A DNA stretch of 64,000 nucleotides from Candidatus Latescibacterota bacterium (GCA_965219995.1 CBDCOX010000002.1:2528001-2592000); one strand, 5' to 3'; shown: positions 49,952 to 60,608, counted from the stretch's first letter. The notes: a model not told the origin generated them from the sequence alone. A program made the numbers and translations.

Positions 49952-50583
49952 AGTCCTTCAACGAGCGTGACGTGCGACGGCACTACGACCTCCTGCAGCA
50001 CCGTCCGGAACTCGGCCTCACGCAAATGAAGGCCACGGATGGGGAACACGTTATTGGCATCGGACTGTTCGATAACGAGCCCGATTTCGTATCAGAGTGC
50101 CGGCGCTACAATGGGTTGGGTACGCTGTCCGTGGGTGTGAACCCGAGGTCGAATCGCCTGTTGCACGACTATGGCGGATTGAAGAACCGCATGCGTACCC
50201 TGTTCATGGACGTCGTCGAGGAAGGCGATATCGACTACGTAACCGGATTGGCCGTGCGCGATCCGAAACGGCTCGCCAGACCTCCACGGAAGTACCTGCG
50301 CGACGCTTCGGTCTTCGCGGACGGGGAGGTGTTCTTTCCGCTCGACAAGGCGGTGCCTGTTTCTCGCGATTCCCGGCATAACGTACGGCGGCAGCTGGAC
50401 GTCTGGCTCTTCGGCGCAACCGATTCCGGCGGGATCGATCCAATGCAATTCGTACGGGTTGCGGGAACGGCGACGTCCGATGACGGATGGTTCAGGCGGC
50501 GGACGGCATTCAAGAGATTTCGTCCCTACATCATGGACGGCATCACGTCTGAGATTGAGAAACTGACGGACGAATCGGTTTAA
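49948..50583 (+). CDS. Hypothetical protein, weak RepB/AEP primase-like motifs
   Basis: GTGA overlap with argH; SVGVNPR and IDPMQFVRVAGT. Confidence 0.55.
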   Translation: MKSFNERDVRRHYDLLQHRPELGLTQMKATDGEHVIGIGLFDNEPDFVSECRRYNGLGTLSVGVNPRSNRLLHDYGGLKNRMRTLFMDVVEEGDIDYVTGLAVRDPKRLARPPRKYLRDASVFADGEVFFPLDKAVPVSRDSRHNVRRQLDVWLFGATDSGGIDPMQFVRVAGTATSDDGWFRRRTAFKRFRPYIMDGITSEIEKLTDESV

Positions 50584-50772
50584 CCGCCACGGAAGCGGAA
50601 CCTTGTGTCCGCCGGGGCGTTTATGGGGCAGTGTTCTGCGCCGGACCGTCGTCTGGCACGCGGGTCGACGACCCGTTTTTTTTCTATATGCCGGTTCGCA
50701 TGCTTGACCTCTTGGAATATCGCGTACATTGAAGTCGCGTCAGGAAGTCACCTCACATCCAGGGAGACGGAT

Positions 50773-51822
50773 ATGTTCCGAAAAACGACCGCTTTGATTT
50801 GCGCCAGTTGTCTGCTTTGGACCAGCCTCATTGGCGCGGGCAATACAATGGCGGCGGAATCCACAGGTACAGAGGCGGAAAAGAAGAACGGCGAAGAACG
50901 CCCCAAAACCATCCGGACGATCGAAGCTCTGGACGACGCCGGCTGGTCGATCGTGGACGTGAGGCAGATTACGGGAAATCTGATCATACTGAGCCCGCTG
51001 GTGGGACCGGAGATCGACCTGGAAGAGAGTAACCGTTATTCTCTCTTTCAAGGGAGAAGCGTCTATAACGAGCGGGTCCACCTGCGGTTTTTCGACATCG
51101 CGATTCCCGGTCTTCAGACAGCCACGTTTCTGAAACTCGGGGAACGCGTGATGGTGAGGATCCGGTATCGGTCGGGTTCGGAGATCGCGGACAGGACGAT
51201 GCCGGTGGGCGATGAGGATGCGCTTCGAAGGCTGCGCGAGTACGTCGAGCATTTTGACGAGGTGAGGAAGGGCGAATACAAGATTGGATTCGAATCCGGC
51301 TTGCCCGAAGATGCGGAATATCCGATGTATACCGATCGGGAGGTCTCTTTCACAGAACGGCGCACCCGGGCGGGGATCACGCGCCGTCTTCGGGGCGGGG
51401 TGGTTCTCAAGGACGGCGAGCGGATACAGGGTCAATTGCTGCCGGAATATGACGACGGGACCATACTGGTCCAATCCGGGCTCGACGCCAGGCGGGTTCC
51501 GGTTGAAGATATCGACCGGGTACTGTTCCATCGGGGGCGGCGATCCAGAAAGCTCGGCACCGCCGTACGAATGGGAGTGGGGGGCGCCGTGTCAGGCGCG
51601 ATTATGGGTACGTTTGCCGCCTGGCAGACGGACTCTCCGGTCAAGGAGACGGCCATTCTGTTCGGCGCAATATCAGGCGGGATCGGGTTTCTCACCGGTC
51701 TGTTCCGCTCTCGAGGCGGTCCTGGCAATCGGGAGTTCGTGCTCGGACCTGTTAGCGACGGTCGGGACAGCAAGAAAGACGGGAAAGAAGACAAGGAAAA
51801 ACGTGAGTCAGGCGGGAAATAG
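50773..51822 (+). CDS. Hypothetical exported/membrane protein
   Basis: RBS GGGAG, signal peptide, C-terminal Gly-rich TM hairpin. Confidence 0.65.
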   Translation: MFRKTTALICASCLLWTSLIGAGNTMAAESTGTEAEKKNGEERPKTIRTIEALDDAGWSIVDVRQITGNLIILSPLVGPEIDLEESNRYSLFQGRSVYNERVHLRFFDIAIPGLQTATFLKLGERVMVRIRYRSGSEIADRTMPVGDEDALRRLREYVEHFDEVRKGEYKIGFESGLPEDAEYPMYTDREVSFTERRTRAGITRRLRGGVVLKDGERIQGQLLPEYDDGTILVQSGLDARRVPVEDIDRVLFHRGRRSRKLGTAVRMGVGGAVSGAIMGTFAAWQTDSPVKETAILFGAISGGIGFLTGLFRSRGGPGNREFVLGPVSDGRDSKKDGKEDKEKRESGGK

Positions 51823-51929
51823 GTTGATATTTCGGCCCGGTCGGGAATCTTCCGCGGACAATCCTCGACGAAACCGGTCATGCGCCATCGGGATCCGTTC
51901 GGCATCGGCTTCGATGTGGGGAGGATGAA

Positions 51930-52445
51930 TTGGGAATCTTGCGGTTTCAGGAACTTTCACCGGCGGTAGACGATTCCGCGTTTCTCGCTGAAGGAGCGAT
52001 ACTCGTCGGAGAGGTGTGTGTCTCGGCGGAGGCGAGCATCTGGTTCAATGCCGTGTTGCGCGGCGACGAGGAGCCGATCAGGATCGGCAGAGGGTCCAAC
52101 ATCCAGGACGGAGCGGTCCTGCATACTGATCCCGGATGCCCCTGTACCGTGGGAGAGTACGTTACGGTCGGACACAACGCAATTCTACACGGCTGTACCG
52201 TGGAGCGCGGGTCGACCATCGGGATGGGCGCGACGGTCTTAAATCATGCCCGGGTCGGCGAGGAGGCGCTCGTTGCGGCAAATGCGCTCGTGCTCGAAGG
52301 GATGGAAATCCCGTCCCGGACGCTGGCCGCGGGCGTGCCGGCCAGGGTACGGCGGGACCTGACGGAAGAAGAGATCGCAAATTTCAGGAAGAATACGGAT
52401 GGGTACGTCAGGAGGGGGAAGGTCTACAAGGGACAAGGCCGGTAA
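51930..52445 (+). CDS. Gamma-carbonic anhydrase family (YrdA/PaaY-like)
   Basis: AVLRGD, SNIQDGAVLH, TVGHNAILHGC hexapeptide repeats. Confidence 0.9.
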   Translation: MGILRFQELSPAVDDSAFLAEGAILVGEVCVSAEASIWFNAVLRGDEEPIRIGRGSNIQDGAVLHTDPGCPCTVGEYVTVGHNAILHGCTVERGSTIGMGATVLNHARVGEEALVAANALVLEGMEIPSRTLAAGVPARVRRDLTEEEIANFRKNTDGYVRRGKVYKGQGR

Positions 52446-52566
52446 GATGGGCAAAGAGATTCGTCGAAGGCGGGCTGGATATTGTTCGAGCCCGCTATTT
52501 TTGTACCTGTGGTCGACGCGCAAGAAGAGGCAACCACTGTCGCACGACATCGGTGAAGATCGGGAT

Positions 52567-52595
52567 GCAGGGGCGGGTTTCAAACCTGCCCCTGC
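52567..52595. repeat. REP-like palindrome
   Basis: GCAGGGGCGGGTTTCAAACCTGCCCCTGC near-perfect hairpin in an intergenic region. Confidence 0.6.
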
Positions 52596-52673
52596 GTCCG
52601 GACCATAGGTACCTTTCATATTCCGGCATCGAACCGGATTACGATTTTTTCGTCGAAACACAAGCGAGACACT

Positions 52674-53051
52674 GTGGATCCCATATCCGATATCCGCGAG
52701 AGATTCGAGCGGGGCGTCCGCGAGTTCAATGCCGGCGACTTTTACGCGGCTCATGACACGTGGGAGGATGTCTGGATGGACGTGCGGGGCCCCGAGAGAC
52801 CTTTTTTCCAGGGCATGATCCAGGTGGCCGTTGGCTACTATCATCTGACGTGCGAGAATTACGCGGGAGCGGAGCACCTGTTGAGCCGGGGCGTCCGAAA
52901 GCTGGCGGCATTCACACCCGGCCACCGCGGACTCGATACCGCACACCTGGTCCGCGCGGCGGACGCGGCGCTGGCGGACGTCCTCGAGGTTCGCGCGGGG
53001 AGACGAAAGACGACCAATTCGAATATCGCGCCCAGGATTCGAAGCGCGTGA
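52674..53051 (+). CDS. DUF309 domain protein
   Basis: FNAGDFYAAHDTWEDVW...QGMIQVAVGYYH. Confidence 0.88.
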   Translation: MDPISDIRERFERGVREFNAGDFYAAHDTWEDVWMDVRGPERPFFQGMIQVAVGYYHLTCENYAGAEHLLSRGVRKLAAFTPGHRGLDTAHLVRAADAALADVLEVRAGRRKTTNSNIAPRIRSA

Positions 53052-53101
53052 ACCCGCTGCCGTCCGCGTCTATCGGAGCGTTCGTATCCGAGTGATGCGC
53101 G

Positions 53102-53130
53102 TTGACACGATCCCGCGGCTGGTGTATATT
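53102..53130 (+). promoter_or_regulatory. Sigma70 promoter
   Basis: TTGACA-N17-TATATT upstream of the SDR gene. Confidence 0.6.
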
Positions 53131-53217
53131 TTATTTCGTCCGTAAGATGTTATTATTTGACAACGTAGCCGATGGCTCAATTGGTTTGTCAATCCGTCGT
53201 CACCATGGGAGCAGCAA

Positions 53218-54006
53218 ATGCGGTTAGAGGGAAAGGTCGCGTGGATTACCGGCGGCGGCGCCGGCATCGGCAAGGCGGTGTCCATCCGGTTCGCGAAGGA
53301 AGGCGCGAACGTGGTTGTGCTGGAACTCGACGAGGGGCGCGGGGAGGCGGTGGTCGAGTCGATCCGCGGGGCCGGCGGCGAGGCGGCGCTGGCGGTTGGC
53401 AGCGCGACGGACGAAACGGATGTCAACCGGGCGCTGGATGTGGCCCTGGAAGAATTCGGCGGCCTCGATATTCTGGTGAACAATGCCTATTATTGCCATG
53501 GCACCCACGTCCCCGACATCGATCCGGAACTGTGGGATCGGAATATCGAGGGATGCCTGAAGAGCGCCTACCTGTGCAGCCGTGCGGCGCTTCCGCGGAT
53601 GATCCGTCGCGGAGGCGGGTCGATCGTGAATATTTCGTCCGTCAACGCACTGATGTCGTTTGGCGAGGCCGCGTATAGCGCCGCGAAGGCAGGCGTGATT
53701 TCCCTCACCAAGACCATGGCAGTCGATTGCGGGCCCGATGGCGTGCGGGTAAATGCGATCTGCCCCGGTACCGTCATCACGGAAGGGTGGCAGCACGTAC
53801 TTGATAAGGACCCGGAGATATTCGATCGAATCGCAGAGGTGTATCCCCTCAAACGCGTGGGCAGACCCGAGGAGATCGCGAACGTTGCGCTCTTTCTCGC
53901 CTCGGACGAGGCATCGTTCGTTACCGGATCGGTTGTCGTGGCCGACGGAGGCGTGACGTCTGGCAATCCCACGTTTCTGGATCACGTGGAAGGCAAACTC
54001 TCGTGA
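53218..54006 (+). CDS. SDR family oxidoreductase
   Basis: TGGGAGIG, LVNNA, NISS, YSAAK, VNAICPG. Confidence 0.93.
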   Translation: MRLEGKVAWITGGGAGIGKAVSIRFAKEGANVVVLELDEGRGEAVVESIRGAGGEAALAVGSATDETDVNRALDVALEEFGGLDILVNNAYYCHGTHVPDIDPELWDRNIEGCLKSAYLCSRAALPRMIRRGGGSIVNISSVNALMSFGEAAYSAAKAGVISLTKTMAVDCGPDGVRVNAICPGTVITEGWQHVLDKDPEIFDRIAEVYPLKRVGRPEEIANVALFLASDEASFVTGSVVVADGGVTSGNPTFLDHVEGKLS

Positions 54007-54926
54007 AACCCACGCTCCGTTTGCGCGACGGGTCTGTCTCGAATCAGGCTCTCGCGGACCTGATCGCGCGTTGTGCCGAGGGTGGAGGCGAACTCACGCC
54101 GCCGGCCGCGGAGACGCTTGAAAACCTGCGGAGCGACGAGATTTTACTGGCGTTCGACGGGTCCGCGCCGGCAGGCATATGCGTGATGTCGTTCACGGGA
54201 GGAGAACGGAAAGCGGCGCTGAGATTCCTGGGGGTGCTTCCCAAGCGCCGTCGTTCGGGGCTGGGCCGGCGGCTGTTGGCGAAAGCGGAAGCGGTTGCCC
54301 GGAGGAACGGTTATCATACGCTGCAGACGGCCTCGGTCGTTGCCAGCGATAATGCGGCCGCAACCGGGCTCCTGAAACGAACCGGCTGGGAACCCGTGTT
54401 CGGCGCGGGCCTGAGGATGTGGCGGAAACTTACGGACCTTCCTGACGCGAATCCGCCGTCGGGCTACAGAATTCGGACTTTCGAAACCGGCGACGACGCG
54501 GCATTCGTACGGATCAAGAACGCGGCCTTTCAGAGTGGGAACGGTGGCGGTCGGCCGTGGACGGTTGCGGACTTTGAAAAGGAATATCTGGACTCTCCGT
54601 ATTTCGATCGGAAGCGCGTCCTGTTTGCGGTTTGCGGCGACGAACCCGTGGGCACAACCACGGCCTGGTCAGCGACGTATCGAGGCAGGGAAGTCGGACT
54701 GATTCACTGGGTCGCGGTTGTACCGGAACACCGGAATAAGGGGCTGGGCTGGGTATTGAACGTGCGGGCGTTGCACAAGTTGAAAGCGCTGGGTTACCGG
54801 GAAGCCATACTGAATACCAGCGAAACGCTGGAATCGGCCGTTCGCCTGTATCACCGGCTGGGTTTTAAGGTCGTCGTCCGGCGCGCCCACTATCGCAAAA
54901 CGTTGAACAGCGCTACCACCCATTAG
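54003..54926 (+). CDS. Tandem GNAT acetyltransferase (MshD-like architecture)
   Basis: RRRSGLGRRLL and EHRNKGLG acetyl-CoA motifs. Confidence 0.8.
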   Translation: MKPTLRLRDGSVSNQALADLIARCAEGGGELTPPAAETLENLRSDEILLAFDGSAPAGICVMSFTGGERKAALRFLGVLPKRRRSGLGRRLLAKAEAVARRNGYHTLQTASVVASDNAAATGLLKRTGWEPVFGAGLRMWRKLTDLPDANPPSGYRIRTFETGDDAAFVRIKNAAFQSGNGGGRPWTVADFEKEYLDSPYFDRKRVLFAVCGDEPVGTTTAWSATYRGREVGLIHWVAVVPEHRNKGLGWVLNVRALHKLKALGYREAILNTSETLESAVRLYHRLGFKVVVRRAHYRKTLNSATTH

Positions 54927-54986
54927 TGTACTCCGTTCCATTTGCACCGGATGTGCGGCGGCCGGCCGGGTCCGGGGACAGCGACA

Positions 54987-55505
54987 ATGAAACGATGCCT
55001 GGGAATGCTGCTGATCGTTTGCACAGGCTGCGGATCATCGGATCCCGTCGGTGTGGTCGAACCGTCACCGTATCCTTCGGGTGCGATGGTATCGGTTGCC
55101 GCCACGGACTTCAATGCGTACCTCGTAAACGTCTCGCGAACCTATGAAACCGTGAATGTGATGAACGCCGAGTTCGGCTCCATCACACAGGGGTGGTCGG
55201 GCGGCGTGGTTTCGAGGTACTGGACACGGCAGTTCATGTCCAACCTGATTGCCCGCCTGGAAACGCTTCAGGTACAGGTGCGGGACATCCGGCCGGACGA
55301 TAGCGAATTGCGGAGGATTCACGGTAGTTACGAGCTGGGGCTGACCACCTTCCACGAGGCGTTTGTCGCCTTTCTCGACCAGATCGACTTCCCGACAACG
55401 GCAGGGATTGAAGGCGTGAATCTGCTGATATTCAGAGGCAACAGGCGCATGGATGAGTTTCAACTGATGCTGAGCAATCTTGCAGGGCGGCAAATTCAGT
55501 TCTAG
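54987..55505 (+). CDS. Putative lipoprotein
   Basis: MKRCLGMLLIVCTGC lipobox-like signal. Confidence 0.6.
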   Translation: MKRCLGMLLIVCTGCGSSDPVGVVEPSPYPSGAMVSVAATDFNAYLVNVSRTYETVNVMNAEFGSITQGWSGGVVSRYWTRQFMSNLIARLETLQVQVRDIRPDDSELRRIHGSYELGLTTFHEAFVAFLDQIDFPTTAGIEGVNLLIFRGNRRMDEFQLMLSNLAGRQIQF

Positions 55506-55566
55506 CCGCTTTTTGCCAAACGGAAAAAAGATATAAAATATTAATAAATATCAGCTTATATATCCC

Positions 55567-55601
55567 CAAAGAAGGGTCCGTTCAGGACCCTTCTTTGTTT
55601 T
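55567..55601 (+). terminator. Intrinsic terminator
   Basis: CAAAGAAGGGTCC-GTTCA-GGACCCTTCTTTG followed by TTTT. Confidence 0.75.
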
Positions 55602-55620
55602 GGCCGTTGACGCCATGCCT

Positions 55621-55873
55621 CTAGGGTGGATTATTCACGAAAACCCTGGTTTTGATGCATAACGGGTTGTTTTTCAATAGATTCTGCGAAATATCACGCG
55701 TCAGCATCTCATGAATCACGAAATTGATTGGTCAGGGAGATGTTTCGTAGCCCACCGAGGTAAGGATCCATCGGTTTGGCCCGGTATAGTGAGCATTTGT
55801 CCTGCTCCTGGTCTTTATCCTGTTCATCCTGTCCATCCATGTAAGTTCATGCCTGGTGAATTATTCAGGCTAG
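55621..55873. mobile_element. CTAG-bounded MITE-like element
   Basis: CTAGGGTGGATTATTCAC vs reverse complement CTAGCCTGAATAATTCAC (14/18); internal ATCCTGTTC/ATCCTGTCC 9-mers. Confidence 0.45.
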
Positions 55874-56043
55874 GCGCTCCATTTCCGTGAAAGAGTACCG
55901 GATTGCGATTCGATAATTTGAACCGGATCCCACCGCAATGTGTCTTACGAAGGGGAAGAGATGGATCACGGACATTGCGACGTGCAAATCCGTCCTGTTG
56001 TCCGTCCGGACATCTGGCTTGCGGGGAGCAAGGAGATCCTTGT

Positions 56044-58080
56044 ATGGTTCGACTCGCAATACTGATTGGGCTTCTGGCGTTGCGCGTTCCCGCCGTTGAG
56101 GCCGGACGATCGGATCCTGCGAAGGTGGACTCGCTGCTGGCCGCGGCGGCGGATACGCTGCTCGAACAGGACCGGCGGGAAGCCCTGATGAAGCGTGCGC
56201 TCAGGCATGACCGGTCCGGCAGGACGATGCACGCCCTGGCGCGGTTTTACATGGCGCAGGGCACGCCGGTTTCCCGTCAGACGGCGGGCCACTGGCTGCT
56301 GCGCGCCGTGATGCGTGAGCGCGAGAACCCGGAATATCGGGCAACCCATGCTGAGCTGTTATGGCGGACGTTGAAACGTCCGGAATCATACAGAAAAGCG
56401 CTCCAGGTTCTGGAACTGGATCCGGACCACGTAGCGGGCCTTTTCTGGGCAGGGCGTTTCGCGGTCTGGGCATGGGAGTATACCTATTATACAGACAGGC
56501 TTGATGACGACACCGAAGCGGCAATCGGGATGTATTCGATCCGAGGCGGAAAGACACTGACTTTCGTCGAGTATCCGGATCTCGGCATCGAAACCGGAAT
56601 CGGTTACCTCACCCGCGCCATCGGCCTGGATCCCGTCCACTGGCCGTCGCATCAGTATCTTGGGCTGGCCTATTACGCCGCCGACATGCCCGGGCCTCTG
56701 ATCGAGCTCTTCGAAGCCTACCGAAAGCGGCGGCCGGAGAACTGGAACGCCCACTTTTTCGCGGGCCTCGGCTATCAGATGAAAGGCGACCTGGAAGCGG
56801 CGTACCGGGCCTACGTGGACGGCCTGAACCGTATGACCGATACGGCGCGGAGGTTCATGCAGTCGATTTTCCTGATCCGGAGCCCTGCCGAAACAAAGGG
56901 TGAACCGCCCCCGGGCGACGAGGAAATCCGCAAGTTCTGGCTGGGAAAGGACCCGATCTACCTCACATCGGTCAACGAACGCCTGCTGGAACAGTGCCGG
57001 CGCGTGGCCTACGCGAACCTGCGGTTCTCCGATCCCACGCTCGGGCGGGAAGGATGGCAGACCGACATGGGTCAGACCTATATCCGGTACGGAGACCCGC
57101 GCGTCCGGTACATGGACGGTCCCGGGAGGGGCCGGAAGGACGTCTGGGACTACGGCCCGTTTACAGCAATATTCGTCCCTACGGTTACATGGGACTCCTG
57201 GCGGTTCGCAACGGCCAGGATGGGTAATAAACGGCTGAAATTCGAACAACTGGTGGAGGCGGTACCGGACTTATATCAGCATCCTCTACAATATGATGCG
57301 CCATGCCAGACTGCGCAGTTCCGGCATGACAACGGAAATACCCGCATCGAGGTGTATTACGCGCTGCCGGAAGAAAACCTGCGGCATACCGTATCGGGAG
57401 GCAATGGAAACGCTGGAGTGGACGCCAGGCAGGCGCTTTTTCTCTTCGACTCCGATTGGGACACCGTCCGGCACAGCGTCGTAAACGTGGAGCGGATGCC
57501 GCGGGTCGTCTATGAATCCACGGAAGAGGCCTTCCTGCTGGCTGCGGAACGTATGATCATTGATCCGGGGACCTATTTCCTCGCGGCTGAAGTTGAAGAC
57601 CGGAAGACAAAGCGGACAGGCACGTTCCGGGAACGGCTGAGTGTACGATCGTTCGGTACGGACACACTGGAAATCAGCGACCTGTTGATGGCGCGGCGCA
57701 TCCGGATGCGGGAGAACGCCCCTTACGGCAGGGAGCAATTCGCGGTACTCCCGAATCCGCTGCAGGTGTGCCGCGCGGAAGGGCAGGCCTGGTTCTATTT
57801 TGAAATCTACAATCTGTCGCGTGACGAATTTGGCGCCACGCACTACCGCATCAACTATCAGACGCTGTCGCTGCCGGAGGATGCGGGCGACGGTTCCCCG
57901 GCCGACTGGACGACGGCTGTATCGTATTCCTACCGGGGCGTCCGGGACTGGGAACCGCGCGACCTGCGCGTGGTTATGGACGGCGCATCGCCGGGGCCGC
58001 GGGCGTTTCGAGTTGTGGTGGAGGACCTGCACACCGGTCGAAGAGCGCTGGCGGACACCCGTTTCAGAGTGAGATGGTGA
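56044..58080 (+). CDS. GWxTD domain protein with TPR-like repeats
   Basis: Signal peptide; RRVAYANLRF...EGWQTDMGQTYIRYGDP. Confidence 0.85.
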   Translation: MVRLAILIGLLALRVPAVEAGRSDPAKVDSLLAAAADTLLEQDRREALMKRALRHDRSGRTMHALARFYMAQGTPVSRQTAGHWLLRAVMRERENPEYRATHAELLWRTLKRPESYRKALQVLELDPDHVAGLFWAGRFAVWAWEYTYYTDRLDDDTEAAIGMYSIRGGKTLTFVEYPDLGIETGIGYLTRAIGLDPVHWPSHQYLGLAYYAADMPGPLIELFEAYRKRRPENWNAHFFAGLGYQMKGDLEAAYRAYVDGLNRMTDTARRFMQSIFLIRSPAETKGEPPPGDEEIRKFWLGKDPIYLTSVNERLLEQCRRVAYANLRFSDPTLGREGWQTDMGQTYIRYGDPRVRYMDGPGRGRKDVWDYGPFTAIFVPTVTWDSWRFATARMGNKRLKFEQLVEAVPDLYQHPLQYDAPCQTAQFRHDNGNTRIEVYYALPEENLRHTVSGGNGNAGVDARQALFLFDSDWDTVRHSVVNVERMPRVVYESTEEAFLLAAERMIIDPGTYFLAAEVEDRKTKRTGTFRERLSVRSFGTDTLEISDLLMARRIRMRENAPYGREQFAVLPNPLQVCRAEGQAWFYFEIYNLSRDEFGATHYRINYQTLSLPEDAGDGSPADWTTAVSYSYRGVRDWEPRDLRVVMDGASPGPRAFRVVVEDLHTGRRALADTRFRVRW

Positions 58081-58125
58081 TTCGGATGACCCGATACGGC
58101 GGACTCGCGCTCAGTTCCGCCGTGT

Positions 58126-58168
58126 AACAGAAGAGGCCGGAGGTTCTCCCCGGCCTCTTCTGTTTTTT
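58126..58168. terminator. Intrinsic terminator between convergent genes
   Basis: AACAGAAGAGGCCGG...CCGGCCTCTTCTGTT plus T-tract. Confidence 0.8.
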
Positions 58169-58205
58169 CCGCCCTTCAACCTCAGGATGCCGTCGGTCGG
58201 CACGG

Positions 58206-60608
58206 TCACGCCAGGGCGACGATTTCCCCCTGCGGCACCAGGGTCTCCTCGCCGTTGTGCGCCAGCCGTGCCGGGGCGTCGCCGTTGTTTCTCACCCAGA
58301 CCTCCCCGGTTTCCGCGGCGTTGACCTCAAACGAACCCGTCGTTTCAACGTTCAGGATGGCCTTCTGAAGCAGGGCCTCGCCCGCGCCGAGGTCTCTCGA
58401 CCAGGTGACAGTATCTTCGTCCACGCGGGTAACACCACTGAATACGGGAATCGCGCTGAATTCGGAGCGCGGCGCTTTAAAGGTGATCGAACCGGCGCTT
58501 TCGCCGAAGTTCGCCACGGCCAGATGCCCGTCGGCCATAAGGCCCGCCGCGGACCGCCGTGTTTGCATGACCACAACGTCCAGGCCGGCCGTTTTTCGAG
58601 GCGTGCTGTCCGGCGCGATGAGCGCCGTGAGTTCGGAAATGGTCCTTCCGGCAGTAACCTGGAACGGTTCGTCCACAATGCTGAGCGTGAGGTCGTCCGC
58701 CACGGCGCGCCAGACCTTGTAAAAGTGCCGGTTGTGGTACATGGTCTTCCCGGTACCCGTAAAGACGATGCCCAGCCGACTGTCGACGTTGAGCCATGCC
58801 GGATGTTCGTACGTCTTGATGACATCGCTTTCCGGGTCGGCGGTGACGTAACTCCGGAAGCGATCGGAACCCTCCGGCGTGTGAACGGTACGGGTTCCGT
58901 TGCAGTTGCCCTTCAAGGCTTTGAAGTTTTCGTTGACGATCCGCAGAAAACCCTGATCTACGCTTTGAACGGTGATCGTCTCTCTTGCGGTGAGCCGCTC
59001 GCAGGAAAGTGAAATCCCGGAGGGCAGCCCTGCGAAGAGTACTTCCTGGCGCACCGAACGTTGAGCGCGATCCAGGACCATGGCGGCCGCGAATCCATCC
59101 TGGTGTTCGTCCACGCGAACCGAGACCAGGTCGTGGCTATCGGGCTTATCCTGAACGTCAATGCTGGCCAGATATGAGTTTGACGCCGGCGCGACCGTAT
59201 AGAGGCCGTCCCTGTTCAACGGCAGCGCCATGATGTCGTTGCGCCATGAAAGTGAAGACTGACCGGTCCGGTGCCGGTGGAAGACAAAGCCGGAGTGGGG
59301 ATAGACCTTGACGCCCCTCAGCTTGCGTTCGACCGCCGCCCCGGACGTCGGTTCGGGGCCGTCGCCGAAGATCCTGTGGAGGAAATAGGTGTGGGCGGGA
59401 TTGACGATGTTGTGTTCCCGGATGATCAGAGGGTCCTGGGGTCCGTGCACGGTCTCGGCAATCTGGCGGTCGTGCATTCGTCCGCCGGTGCTTTCGGCGC
59501 GCTGTTCCAGCGTTTCGAGTGCCCGGCGCTCAAAACAGGCCCCGTCCGGATCGTCGAGGAGCAGTGCGGCCGTCGCGTGGGTCAGCGTTCCGGAATCGGG
59601 CGGAATATACGGCCAGTCCATGCCCTGCACGGGATGCATCGAGCCGGTCCGGTCCGTCGTACGTTTGAGCTGGTCGTAGATTTCCCTCCGATTGAAGAGG
59701 GCGTGTTCCGGAACCCTCGCGCCGAACGATCCGTAGATGATGCCGAGCCGCCCGGTGAACATGACCGAACTGCCGGTGTAGCTGGGATGCACCATTCCGT
59801 GGTTCTCGGCCATGTAGTCCGGCAGTGCGACGAACGTCTGGCCGGTCAGTTCCCTGACCGTCTTCCGGTCTGAGAAGCGCGCAAGGTTCTTCGTGTCCTG
59901 CTGGGTGGTGGTTGTCGAAAACATCCACTGGCGGGCCGTTTCGGCCCAGGATTTGACGTTGGGAGAGTTGCTCAGGAAACATTCAACCGAGGCCAGGCCG
60001 CAGGACGTCCATCCGTTCTCTTCCATCTGGGTATTGGTGTACACGCCGCTCTTGGGAGCCATGGCGCCGAACCGCTCGGCATAGTCTTCGTGCATGCGCG
60101 CGATCATGCCCCAGGTCTCGTCGTCCACCATATCGCCCAGCATGAGGGCGGTGAGGGCAATGTCGGCAACGTTCGTGCCGCACTGGCTCTCGGGGAAGAA
60201 GCCCCGCCCGCGTTCACCCCACTTCGTGCCCCATGTTCGTGGATTGCCAAGGCTCTTTTGGGGTCGGATACACTCGGCCGGACCCGTGTCGTGGGTAAAG
60301 CAAAGGTACCGGATCCCCTTCAGCGCGAGTTCCCTCAGTACTTCTTTCGAGCATCCTGTCCTTTTCGAATCGTATTCGGGCGAGTTCGCAAGCGCTGCAA
60401 ACACGAAGATCGGCGAGGCCGTGTCGCTGCCGTACCAGTGGGCCCCGCCGAAGAAATGCCCGCAGTTGGGCCGCTCCGGCCAGTCTTCGAAGTAGTTCAG
60501 GCCGATCGGCACCCAGTTCTCCAGGATACGTTTATATCTCCGGCTGAGCGGGGTTTCCCTGGCAGGCACGGACGTCCGCTTCCGGTTCGTCAGAATCTCG
60601 GGGCGCAT
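58206..60608 (-). CDS. Hypothetical 800-aa protein, possibly polysaccharide-lyase-like fold
   Basis: RBS AAGGAG; NTQMEENGW, ENHGMVHPSY, helical N-half and beta-rich C-half. Confidence 0.6.
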   Translation of the reverse strand: MRPEILTNRKRTSVPARETPLSRRYKRILENWVPIGLNYFEDWPERPNCGHFFGGAHWYGSDTASPIFVFAALANSPEYDSKRTGCSKEVLRELALKGIRYLCFTHDTGPAECIRPQKSLGNPRTWGTKWGERGRGFFPESQCGTNVADIALTALMLGDMVDDETWGMIARMHEDYAERFGAMAPKSGVYTNTQMEENGWTSCGLASVECFLSNSPNVKSWAETARQWMFSTTTTQQDTKNLARFSDRKTVRELTGQTFVALPDYMAENHGMVHPSYTGSSVMFTGRLGIIYGSFGARVPEHALFNRREIYDQLKRTTDRTGSMHPVQGMDWPYIPPDSGTLTHATAALLLDDPDGACFERRALETLEQRAESTGGRMHDRQIAETVHGPQDPLIIREHNIVNPAHTYFLHRIFGDGPEPTSGAAVERKLRGVKVYPHSGFVFHRHRTGQSSLSWRNDIMALPLNRDGLYTVAPASNSYLASIDVQDKPDSHDLVSVRVDEHQDGFAAAMVLDRAQRSVRQEVLFAGLPSGISLSCERLTARETITVQSVDQGFLRIVNENFKALKGNCNGTRTVHTPEGSDRFRSYVTADPESDVIKTYEHPAWLNVDSRLGIVFTGTGKTMYHNRHFYKVWRAVADDLTLSIVDEPFQVTAGRTISELTALIAPDSTPRKTAGLDVVVMQTRRSAAGLMADGHLAVANFGESAGSITFKAPRSEFSAIPVFSGVTRVDEDTVTWSRDLGAGEALLQKAILNVETTGSFEVNAAETGEVWVRNNGDAPARLAHNGEETLVPQGEIVALA

